Below, in pieces: positions 1 through 8,892 of a stretch of DNA of 20,000 nt. The DNA is from Malacoraja senta (Eukaryota), in assembly GCA_038087875.1 (NCBI GenBank), contig JAXLNO010000571.1, positions 238,085-258,084 of the forward strand, written 5' to 3'. The notes below the pieces were generated by a model, which was not told the origin of the DNA, searched no databases, and was given only the letters and a program-made list of their open reading frames with translations. Both the position numbers and the translations under genes were made by a program. Every line of letters begins with the position of its first letter. The stretch's first letter is position 1.

Positions 1-371
1 CCAATCTGAAAAATAAATTATCCTAAATATCTTGCTGATTCACAAGACAGAATAGCATTTTCACACCTAATGGAAAGAGATGAAGATGCATAATTGCCAA
101 TAACAGAGAACCATGTTAAAACAAACCACAAACCTAATCTTGGAACCAGTGAGGACTTTATGAGGGAAAAACTTGACATCTACATCCGGAATTATCAGTT
201 ACTTCAGATTACAATGTTCAACGAAACAATACTTTTTTTTCCTGGTTTACAAAAGTAAAGTGCTTTAGTAGCTCAGCTCATTACTTCAAAATGTGACTAA
301 GTTTGTCCATCAGTTGCTTGCCATTAAATATAATTCAGATTGCTGTAAACAGGCAAGAAACTTCACAAGAC

Positions 372-493
372 ATAGAAAAAAGTAACTGCAGATGCTGGTT
401 TACAAAAAGGCACGGTGCTGGAGTAACTCAGCAAGTCAGGCAATATCACTGGAGAACATGGATAGATGACATTTCAGTCAGGCTCTTCAGACT
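372..493 (-). mobile_element. Degraded Penelope-like element 3'/pLTR-derived short repeat
   Basis: The reverse complement (agtctgaagagcctgactgaaatgtcatctatccatgttctccag...ctgagttactccagcac...aaaccagcatctgcagtt) matches the PLE tail seen at 5911-6000, 6625-6720 and 7265-7390. Confidence 0.75.
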
Positions 494-2420
494 CCACTTG
501 GATTTATGACCATTTTTCCAATTAAATACCAAGGCTTTACACTTAAATATAAAATAAAGGACCTTCCAATGTTTAACCATTACCACACCCTCATGAACAA
601 GAAAGGTCAAACATAGAACTGCAAGAAAACTCAGATCATACTTCATGAAAAATACATTGCCAATATTTATCTGGTCTCAAGATGGGTAAGATACCTAAAA
701 CCAACAAAAAAATGTGAAAAAACATACTTTCTGCAATGGAGTGAGACGTTTTAAAACTAGTGGCTTCAAATTTAAAGAAAGTAAAATGTCAAAATCAAGA
801 ATTAAACATTAGAAGTTTAATTTGTTTTTTCAATTTACTGTCAATTGTTCAATCGTCCATTTTAAATCTAGCTACTGGAAGAAAAAAGATCTCCATACCC
901 AAAAAGCTAAACTCTTAGAATAACCTAGTGGATAAAATGCAGAAAGTTGAACATTTGAAGCAAATTATATAGTGAAGGCTGAAAATATTGAAATTACGTA
1001 AATTCGTGGCTAAAACTCAGACTTCCCTGAAACAAATTAAACTCACGTTTAACAAAATACAGAGAAATGAAAGTGCTTCTAGTTGAACAAACGTTGTCGA
1101 AATGGTGCCGAACTTTAGGCGCTCTCTATAAAAGTTTCAGTAAATAATGTAAACATATTAGTCTTTGTTGAAATTAAGACAAACAATGGGTTTGCGGAGA
1201 TACACAGTGCGTTGGCCATTCCGGTTTACTTTTGCGGCCTACACAATACAGCTACTGTACCGTCATGGTAGTAACGAAATGGTTAACTTATTATTTCAAC
1301 GATAAACATCGCAGCAAAGCACCACCACTATCCTTTGCTGTAAAATGCACAAGTTGCTTTTTCAAAGTACATCTTTAACCCATGAAGACAAAATTACTGC
1401 GCGCAGAATGGGGTTATTGTTATACTCGTCTGGTCCATGGAAAATATTACTAATCAGGCCTAGACAACAGGTCTTTTATTTCAGAGCGTTCGGTATGGTT
1501 ATAAGCGGCCTACCTCGTACTGGGGTTTAAGCCCAACAATTAGCAGGGGGAGGGTTGAAGCAACTTTAGTTACTGTCAGGTTCAAGCTTAGTTGCCTCTA
1601 TTACTATATCATAAAGGCATTTTTAAAGAGCGAGGAAGGGGGGAGGCAGTGGGGTGTCAGCGTCCAGGCCTGTGTTTCAGCATCAATCCCCGCTGTCGGA
1701 GTTACAGCTGTCGCCGGATGTGTGAACGTCAAACACCAAGTGCTGCTGGGAAGGAAGTCGAGGGGGCGGGAGAAAGAGGAAATTATTAAAATAAACTTCC
1801 TCTGGCAGCCCCCTCCCTCTGCCTCCTCCCTCCCCCCCCCCCTAAAAACAAAACAAAATCCAACCTTTAAACAAAAACCCACACGAAATGTTAAAAAGAC
1901 CTTAAAGAATTAACGAGCAAAATATGGTTATTTTGTTCCTTGGCCTTTGGGCAAGGCTCAGCCGCCGAGGCGGCTTCCTATTATCCTCGCACATACAGGA
2001 AAAACCCAAATGTGCTCACTCATTTTCAGAAAGAGAAACGAATCAACACTATCATATAGTCTATAATAAAACATGATACACACAGCCCTGCCACTCGCAT
2101 ATTTAAGAAACATTTAAAAGCGGTGGTAGGAGCAAGGAAATCTTGCACATCCTGGAAATAGACAGAAGGCTGAGGAATTCATTCTTGGTGCCAAGGAGGG
2201 GAGGGGAAAAAAAGCTCAAAAATGTTTTGCTTTAAAGATAAAGGAATCACACTGTCCTTCGTTGTTCCCCTTCCTTTCTCTTTCTTTTGCCACTGTTGGA
2301 AATAAATGTTATTACCTAGTTTGTTCCAATTCTACAGCCTGCCACCAGCTTACTCTGTGCCTTTCACTAAACTCTCGGCCACCGCGGCGACTCCACTGGG
2401 CCAGCCGGCAGCCCGCTCAC

Positions 2421-2740
2421 CCTGCGCGGCGCCTGTATCCCTCCACGTCGCCGGGCCTCCTTCCCCTTGTTTCAAGTGGGCGGAATGGAGGAGGGGACAG
2501 AGGTGGTGTCACTCCCTTCCTGGCCCCACTAACCAAACAAACCAAAAATAAAACCCCTCTTCCATCTCCTTTACTCTCAACTTCCTCCTCTCATTCCACA
2601 TTTACCAGGGTAAAAATATGTTATCTATTTCCTTTTTTGTTTCGAAAAAAAAACAAATACCCCTCTAGTCCGCAATATTTACAATTAGTCAACTCTTCTC
2701 GCTCCTCCGCCTCCAGGGGTATCACTGCGCGAGGGTCATG
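2421..2740 (-). other. TRIP12: Candidate non-coding first exon of TRIP12 (5' boundary uncertain)
   Basis: There is a minus-strand donor CAGG|GTGAGC at 2421/2420 inside the CpG-rich block. In mammals TRIP12 lies head-to-head with FBXO36. No TRIP12 coding sequence is in the window, so the call rests on synteny only. Confidence 0.4.
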
Positions 2741-2787
2741 ACCCCTGCCGGCCCTGCAAGTCCTGGGAACTGTTCGTCACAGTGACC
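2733..2787. promoter_or_regulatory. Nuclear-receptor-type palindromes (IR0 and ERE-like IR3)
   Basis: GGGTCATGACCC (2733-2744) is a perfect 12-bp palindrome of RGGTCA half-sites. CGTCAcagTGACC (2775-2787) is one mismatch from GGTCAnnnTGACC. Confidence 0.35.
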
Positions 2788-2959
2788 GGTTGACGTTAGC
2801 GATTACATGGCAATTTCCGCGAATTTTTTTCTTTTTTTTAAATCGGTTCCGCTGAACGTTTCTTTCAAAGGAAAAGCACAATGAAGAGTTGCTAATGCAT
2901 CTCTGACGAATTTGCAGTGCGTGAACTTGCAGTAAAGTAAAACTAGTCGCGGCTGCTCT

Positions 2960-2990
2960 TGTTTACATTCGACGCCGTTGCTCTGGCAAT
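2960..2990 (+). promoter_or_regulatory. Forkhead (FOXJ1-type) site plus RFX X-box
   Basis: TGTTTAC at 2960-2966 and GTTGCTCTGGCAAT at 2977-2990 (X-box consensus GTTNCCATGGNAAC), 15-45 nt upstream of the FBXO36 ATG. Confidence 0.5.
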
Positions 2991-3004
2991 GAGAAGCGTC
3001 CAAA

Positions 3005-3100
3005 ATGGCGTCGTTATTGCAAGGCACACTTTTTGAAATGAGCGCACAAGCTCCTCCACCGAGTAAGGATTATTACCAGCTGCTGGTCACTAATTCTATG
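3005..3100 (+). CDS. FBXO36: F-box only protein 36, coding exon 1 (32 codons, phase-0 intron follows)
   Basis: ATG in good Kozak context (aaaATGG). It translates to MASLLQGTLFEMSAQAPPPSKDYYQLLVTNSM, matching the human N-terminus as I recall it (MASWLPETLFETVGQGPPPSKDYYQLLVTRSQ) at 23/32 positions without gaps. A GTGAGT donor follows at 3101. Confidence 0.93.
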
Positions 3101-3458
3101 GTGAGTATATGAGTCGAAACATTGATTAACATTGCCTTTAACCTCTCGCGTAGGTCTGGTGCAATAGAGCAAGTTCGCGGGACGTGAACTTTACCTCTTG
3201 TCAGTCTTCACAGTGTTAAAATATCTGACTCGTTTGCTTTTAGTAAATTAAAATGTTTTCTGCCTTTTCAAAAAGTTATTATATCAGTAAGAAATGTTTT
3301 AATTACATCCTCCTAGTTAGCGCATATTTACATTTTTTTAAAGAACTCTAGCGAAGTATAGAATTTTAATACCTATGCAAAAAATGAAAAATGTATCTAA
3401 TTTGTGTGTATATTGTAAGACTTAAAAATGGTGCGAGAAAAGTAGCATCTCCCGTTGC

Positions 3459-4354
3459 AGGTTCTGAAGAGCACAATGGCCTCCGTCATTCTTAAATGGA
3501 AGAACTTTGGAACCACCAGGACTCTTCATAGAGCTGGCCGCCTGGCCAAACTGTGCAGTCGGGTAGAAGGGCCTTGGTCATGGAGGTGACCAAGAACCCG
3601 ATGGTCACTCTGACAGAGCTCCAGAGTTCCTCTGTGGAGATTGGGAGAACCTTCCAGAAGGACAACTATATCTGCAGCACTCCACCAATCAGGCCTTTGT
3701 GGTAGAGTGGCCAGACAGAAGCCACTCCTCAGTAAAAGGCACATGACAGCCCACTCGGAGTTTGCCAAAAGGCACCTAAAGGACTCTCAGCCATGAGAAA
3801 CAAGATTCTCTGGTCTGAAGAAGCCAAGATTGAACTCTTTGGCCTGCATGCCATGCGTCACGTCTGGAGGAAACCAGGCCAATACTATATCTACGGTGAG
3901 CCAGCATTATGCTGTAGGGATGTTTTTCAGTGGCAGAAACTGGGAGACTAGTCAGGATCAAGGGGAAGATGAACGGAACAAAGTATAGAGAGATCCGTAA
4001 TGAAAACCTGCTCCAGAGCATTCTGCACATCAGACTGGTTCACCTTCCAACAGGACAACGACCCTAAGCACACAGCCAAGACAACGCAAAAGTGGCTTTG
4101 TGACAAGTCTGTGAATGTTCTTGAATGCTCTGCCAGAGCCCGGACTTGAACCCGATTGAACATCTCTGGAGGGACCTGAAAATACCTGTGCATCGACGCT
4201 CCACATCCAACATGACAGAGTTTGAAAGGATCTGCAGAGAAGAATGGAAGAAATTACCCAAATAAGGTGTGCCAAGCTTGTAGCGTCATACCCAAGAAGA
4301 CTTGAGGCTGTAATCGCTGCCAAAGGTGCCTCAACAAAGTACTGAGTAAAGGGG
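3459..4354 (+). mobile_element. Tc1-family transposase pseudogene, 5'-truncated and frameshifted
   Basis: Fragments read ILKWKNFGTTRTL, KPLLSKRHMTA, ILWSEEAKIELFG, FQQDNDPKHTAK, SPDLNPIEHLW and RRLEAVIAAKGASTKY* (stop 4343-4345). No complete TIRs are visible. Confidence 0.95.
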
Positions 4355-4377
4355 GACACACGCACGCACTGTAGTTC

Positions 4378-4605
4378 AGACCTTATTGGTGGTTGTAGTG
4401 TTTAATAGCCTGATGCTGTAGGGAAGAACCTGTTCTTGAACCTGGACATTACAGTTTTCGGGCTCCTGTACCACCTTCTTTATGGCAGGGGTCAAATGAA
4501 TGTGTGGCCAGGGTGGTGTGGGTCTCTGATGCTCTGTCTTTTTGAGGCGGCGACTTCTGTAAATCTCTTTGATGGTGGGGAGATCAGAACCAGTGATGGA
4601 CTGGG
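4378..4605 (-). mobile_element. Rex1/Babar-like LINE 3' fragment
   Basis: The minus strand encodes QSITGSDLPTIKEIYRSR...IRDPHHPGHTF...RFKNRFFPT, the typical Rex1 ORF C-terminus, with frameshifts. Confidence 0.8.
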
Positions 4606-5708
4606 TATTGGCAAAATAATGGGCTTCTCATAGGACCAGTATGCTTCATATTTCACAAAAAGGCAGTTGTTGTTTGCAACTTTCAGAGTTTTTATTGCAG
4701 TGACTTTCTTTTTCCATGCGATTGATGTAGACATCCAGGATAAATAAGTGTTTGAGGCAGAAAAGAGTATATAGAACCATGAATCAATTGTAGCACTCTT
4801 TTCAACTACTTTGTTTTTTTTTTTCATTTGCAGAATACTTTGAGCATCTGCCTTTCACAAGAAATCTTCTGTTATTCCCCACAAACACTACCTTTTTCAA
4901 ATCAGATACAATAAGAAGGGCAATTGAGAATTGCAATATGAATTAAGTTTACAGAGATAAAGGTCAAATCTTGAATACATTTTACATTAAAGTAAAGATT
5001 TTTTTTTTGCTACGTAGAATTTGTGTTGATATGATGGAGCACTTCAAGTGTTTGGAATGGCCAAGCCCAATGGTTCACAGTTTGCATTTGAATGTTAGCC
5101 ATTTTCTCGATTCATAACCTGGAAGTAATTTTTACTAGGTGAAATGTAGAATTGATTGCTTAATGATCATTTTGTTTTTAATGGCAATCTCAATTGGGGG
5201 CATTGGAAATGACATGTTTTGTTAATCATAGGCAAAAACATTCATAGATTAATTAATTACAGATGGTTTCTGAGATGCTTTAGGGCTGTCCAATTCAAAT
5301 GGCATCTGCCTTACTCCCAGGATTCCCAATAAGAAACATTTTAAGTGGACATGATTATCTTTTCTCAAATGCAGGTGGGAAAATAACATGGCTTTCCTAA
5401 AATAGGCACAAACAGGGCTCTAGCTTAACTTTTTTTCCCTGTTGCCAGCCGGGCAACCTAGGCAGCTTTTTAGGTTGCCAAATGACAGTTTAGGTGGTCA
5501 TTTAAGACGGCTTGTATGACACGTGCGATAATGTGTTCGGACGAGGTGCGTAGTTACCAGTCAGAATTATGGTCAATGAAGCATTCGCATATTATTTCTG
5601 CTTCAAATAATGTCACAAACTAAACATATTCACCAATCAAGACATGATATATACCACATTGACATGCAGCAAAATTACGGTACAGTATCGCATCTCTTTT
5701 TACACATT

Positions 5709-6720
5709 GCCTCCTCCATGGCCAGAGTGAAGCTCACCGCAAATTGGAGGAACAGCACTTCATATTTCGCTTGGGTAGTTTACTCCCCAGCAGTATGAAC
5801 ATTGGCTTCTCCAATTTCAGGTAGTCCTTGCTTTCTCCCTCCTTCCCCTCCCATTCCCAGCTCTCCGCCTCTTCCTTTCTTTTTCCCGACCCCCCCCCCT
5901 CCCGACATCAGTCTGAAGAAGGGTCTCGACCTGAAACGTCGCCTATTCCTTCGCTCCATAGATGCTGCCTCACCCGCTGATTTTCTCCAGCTTTGTCTAC
6001 CAACGGGATCCCACCACTGGCCACATCTTCCCATCTCCTCCCCTGTCGACTTTCCGCAGAGACCGCTCCCTCCGTAACTCCCTGGTCAATTCGTCCCTTC
6101 CCACCCAAACCACCCCCTCTCCTGGCATTTTCCCTTGCAACCGCAGGAAATGCTACACTTGTCGCTTTACCTCCCCCCTTGACTCCATTCAAGGACCCAA
6201 GCCGTCTTTTCAGGTGCGGCAGAGGTTCACCTGCACCTCCAACGTCATCTATTGCATCCGCTGCTCTAGGTGTCAGCTGCTCTACATAGGTGAGACCAAA
6301 CGTAGGCTTGGCGATCGCTTTGCCCAACACCTCCGGTCGGTTCGCAATAACCAACCTGATCTCCCGGTGACTCAGCACTTCAACTCCCCATTCCGCATCC
6401 GACCTTTCTGTCCTGGGCCTCCTCCATGGCCAGAGTGAGGCCCACCGTAAATTGGAGGAGCAGCACCTCATATTTTGCTTGGCAGTTTACACCCCAAGCG
6501 GTATGAAAATTGACTTCTCCAATTTCAGGAAGTCCCTGCTTTCTCCTCCGCTTCCCAGCTCTCCCTCAGCCCACTGTCTCCGCCTCATCCTTTCTTCTTC
6601 CCACCCCCACGCACCCTCACATCAGTATGAAGAAGGGTCTCGACCCGAAACGTCGCCTATTTCCTTCGCTCCATAGATGCTGCCTCACCCGCTGAGTTTC
6701 TCCAGCATTTTTGTCTACCC
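5709..6720 (+). mobile_element. Penelope-like element (Neptune-type), partial tandem: 3' fragment 5709-6000 plus longer copy 6001-6720 with GIY-YIG endonuclease remnant
   Basis: ORF 5962-6438 has the Cys linker PCNRRKCYTC and NVIYCIRCSRCQLLYIGETKRRLGDRFAQH...HFN (GIY-YIG). 5709-6000 directly repeats 6417-6718, a pseudo-LTR arrangement. Confidence 0.92.
5905..5948 (+). ncRNA. Minimal hammerhead ribozyme motif in Penelope pLTR
   Basis: CTGAAGA (5913-5919), an extra A, stem II GGGT-CTCG-ACCT, then GAAAC-GTC. The core is intact, but stem I pairing is poor. Confidence 0.6.
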
Positions 6721-6729
6721 ATTCACACA

Positions 6730-6945
6730 AGTTCTGTTATCCCACTTTCCTCACCCCCTCCCTACACATTAAGGGAAATTTTACAGAGACTAGTTAACCC
6801 ACAAAACCAATGCGTCTTTGGGATGTGGGAGGAAACCTACATGCTTGCAGGGAGAATGTGCAAATTCAACACAGACAGTGCCCGAGGACAGGATCGAACA
6901 CAGATCTCTGGCGTGTGAGGCAGCAAGTCCACCATCTGTGCCACT
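6730..6945 (-). mobile_element. tRNA-derived V-SINE (HE1-like), degraded
   Basis: The minus strand has an A-box-like TGGCACAGATGG, a B-box GTTCGATCC (6891-6899) and the V-domain gtctgtgttgaatttgcacattctccc...tttcctcccacatcccaaagacg. Confidence 0.8.
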
Positions 6946-7094
6946 ATATGTTATTTTCCAACACACAAAAAATTATACGTTGATAACTTTGGTTACTAAA
7001 CAAAAAGAAACTATCCATTTTCAGTCTTAAATCTCTAAGTGACGCTATGTCCCCCTTTACAGCTACTGTATGTTTTAATTCAGTTCAAGACTAT

Positions 7095-7710
7095 GAGGCA
7101 GTACATTGGCTATAAAGTTGCTGCCTAAACTTGCCAGAGACCCGGAATTGATCCTGAATATGGGTGCTGTGTGTATGGAGTTTGCTCGTTTTCCCTTTGA
7201 TCGCATGGGTTTTCTCCGGGTGCTCTTGTTTCCTTCCACATTCCAAAGGTGTGCAGGAACCTTTTTCAGACCCAACCCAAAATGTAATATTTTCCTTTTG
7301 TCCAGAGATTCTGTCTGATCTGTTGAGTTACTCCAGCTTTTTGTGTCTATCTTCAGTTTAAACCAGCATCTGCAGTTCCTTCCTACACACACGATACTAT
7401 ACGATAAAACTTTATTAATCCAAGGAGGGAAATTATGTATTGTGTGTGTGTATAGTTATATATTCATATATAAATATACACTTTTGTTTTCTCGTTTACA
7501 ACATTGTTTACAAAGTACTATGTTTACATATTCTGTTGTGCTGCTGAAAGTAAGGATTTCATTGTTCTAACTGGGACGTGAGAGAATAGAACACTCTTGA
7601 TTTACATCGCTAATGTGTGGGATAGAACTAGTGTACGGGTGTCGGTGGTCGGCGTGGACTCGGTGGGCCGAAAGGCCTGTTTCCACGCTGTATCTTTAAA
7701 TTAAACTAAA
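7095..7710 (+). mobile_element. V-SINE/HE1-like SINE: head and V-domain 7095-7257, CR1-derived tail 7605-7710, separated by other repeat fragments
   Basis: The head is ccagagacccggaattgatcctg...tgtatggagtttgc...ttctccgggtgctc...ccacattccaaag. The tail is ggtcggcgtggactcggtgggccgaaaggcctgtttccacgctgtatct. Between them lie a PLE tail (7265-7390) and LINE-tail fragments (7392-7600). Confidence 0.7.
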
Positions 7711-7730
7711 AACACTAAAACCAGAGGAAA

Positions 7731-7793
7731 TCTAAAGAAGGGTCTCGACCCGAAACGTCACCCAATTTCTTCTATCCAGAGATGCTGGCTGCT
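7731..7793 (+). mobile_element. Short PLE pLTR fragment with mutated hammerhead core
   Basis: CTAAAGAAGGGTCTCGACCCGAAACGTCACCC...ccagagatgctg, homologous to 5913-5970. Confidence 0.75.
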
Positions 7794-7794
7794 C

Positions 7795-8310
7795 CATGTT
7801 CCCCCGCACAATTAGAGCATGGAGTAGTCTTCACCCTACTATAGGTACCCAACCAGACCCAATTAAATTTAAGGTAGCTCTCTTTTTCCCCCAAGCACCC
7901 TTTTTTTGCTTAAGTCCAAGTCAAGAGTCAAGAGAGTTTTATTGTCAAGTGTCCCAGATAGGACAATTAAATTCTTGCTTGCTGCAGCACAACAGAATAT
8001 GTAAACATAATACAGAACAGGAGATAAAAGTTCAATGTGTCTATATACCATAAACTATTATATATATACCATAGACTATAATATAAAATATATATATATA
8101 GTCTTTCTTTCGCGCGTGCGTGCGTGCGTACACACACACACACACCATAGTATATAGACACATTGAATATACACAACATACATATATACACAACAAATAA
8201 ACAGATAAAATCCAATAGGCTGTTATTTCTCAGTTTGGTGGCGGTGGGACCACTCCTATTTAAATTCCATTTCGAGTTTTTTTTGAGGACCAGGAAACCA
8301 AGAAGCAAGA
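7795..8310 (+). mobile_element. 3' end of the CR1/L2-group LINE family seen at 17888-19195, split by a minus-strand LINE-tail insertion (~7918-8248)
   Basis: FPRTIRAWSSLHPTIGTQPDPIKFKVAL matches FPRTIKAWNSLHPTIVTQPDATKFKVAL. The 3' UTR stops at gcttaagtcc (7917) and resumes at ~8249 (tttaaattccattt...gaggaccaggaaaccaaga), as in the reverse complement of 17890-17950. Confidence 0.85.
8040..8190. repeat. TA / CGTG / CA microsatellite patch
   Basis: (TA)n, (GCGT)n and (CA)n runs are directly visible. Confidence 0.8.
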
Positions 8311-8892
8311 GTTACTCCAGGGAGTTGCTCCAGCGAGTGATTCTGCGTTGGTTTTCAGCGGTCGCGGCGAGGTGGCGACCGCACAGCAATGGCGGCCAGA
8401 TCTCCCACAATGCAAAGGGAGGGAGAAAGTGGCCGATGCCAACCAGTTGCAGTGGCAGTGCGCATGTGCAGGGCGGCACATGCGCACAACCACAGCCGAT
8501 GATGTGCTGGCTAAAGATCCTCGCTATAGGATCTTTGGTGCTGGCCGTGGTTGTGCGCATGTGGAGGGGGAAGATGTGCAGGCCGTGGCAGTGCGCATGT
8601 GTAAGGCGGCCTGCCGTGCCGGCGGATGAGGAGCGAGCGGAGAACGAGACCCGGATACAGACACGGATACGGGTGGTGGGCGGAGACGGAGAGTGACAGA
8701 GAGAGAGAGAGTGAAAGAGATAGAGAGGGGGCCCGCTCTGAATTAAACGATAGGTTTCCCGGGTGCTTGCCAAGCCGGGCAAAATGGCATGGCTTTTAGG
8801 TTGCCCGGCGGGACTGTCGGTTGCCATTGGCAACTGGGCAACCGCTAATTTCGAGCCCTGACAAATAAAGTTGTCACATTACTTTGTAATAG

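Larger units (their letters stand above)
2370..3190. promoter_or_regulatory. CpG-rich (probably bidirectional) promoter region of FBXO36 and an upstream divergent gene
   Basis: Non-repetitive, locally CpG-dense DNA around the FBXO36 start codon. It contains GC boxes, a YY1-like CAAAATGGCG overlapping the ATG, a CRE-like TGACGTTA (2791-2798), X-box and forkhead motifs. Confidence 0.75.
5413..8860. mobile_element. Non-autonomous hAT-like TIR transposon with 5-bp TSD (arms ~5413-5708 and ~8311-8860) enclosing retroelement fragments
   Basis: The left end CAGGGCTCTAGCTTAAC matches the right end reverse complement CAGGGCTCGAAATTAGC. Both arms share subterminal GGTTGCC/GGCAACC motifs and (G)CTTTTAGGTTGCC. 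ACAAA flanks both ends directly (5408-5412, 8861-8865). Confidence 0.7.

Noticed and set aside
1600..1850. Second GC-rich patch with a minus-strand polypyrimidine tract and CAG acceptor near 1747 (possible alternative 5' UTR exon)
   Set aside because: No convincing matching donor; it cannot be supported without transcript data.
2262..2741. 159-aa ORF and overlapping ORFs in the GC-rich block
   Set aside because: Non-ATG start and no recognisable protein; expected by chance in a CpG-rich promoter.
8163..8833. Overlapping 170-aa ORFs on both strands
   Set aside because: They cross repeat boundaries into a GC-rich transposon arm and show no transposase or other motif.
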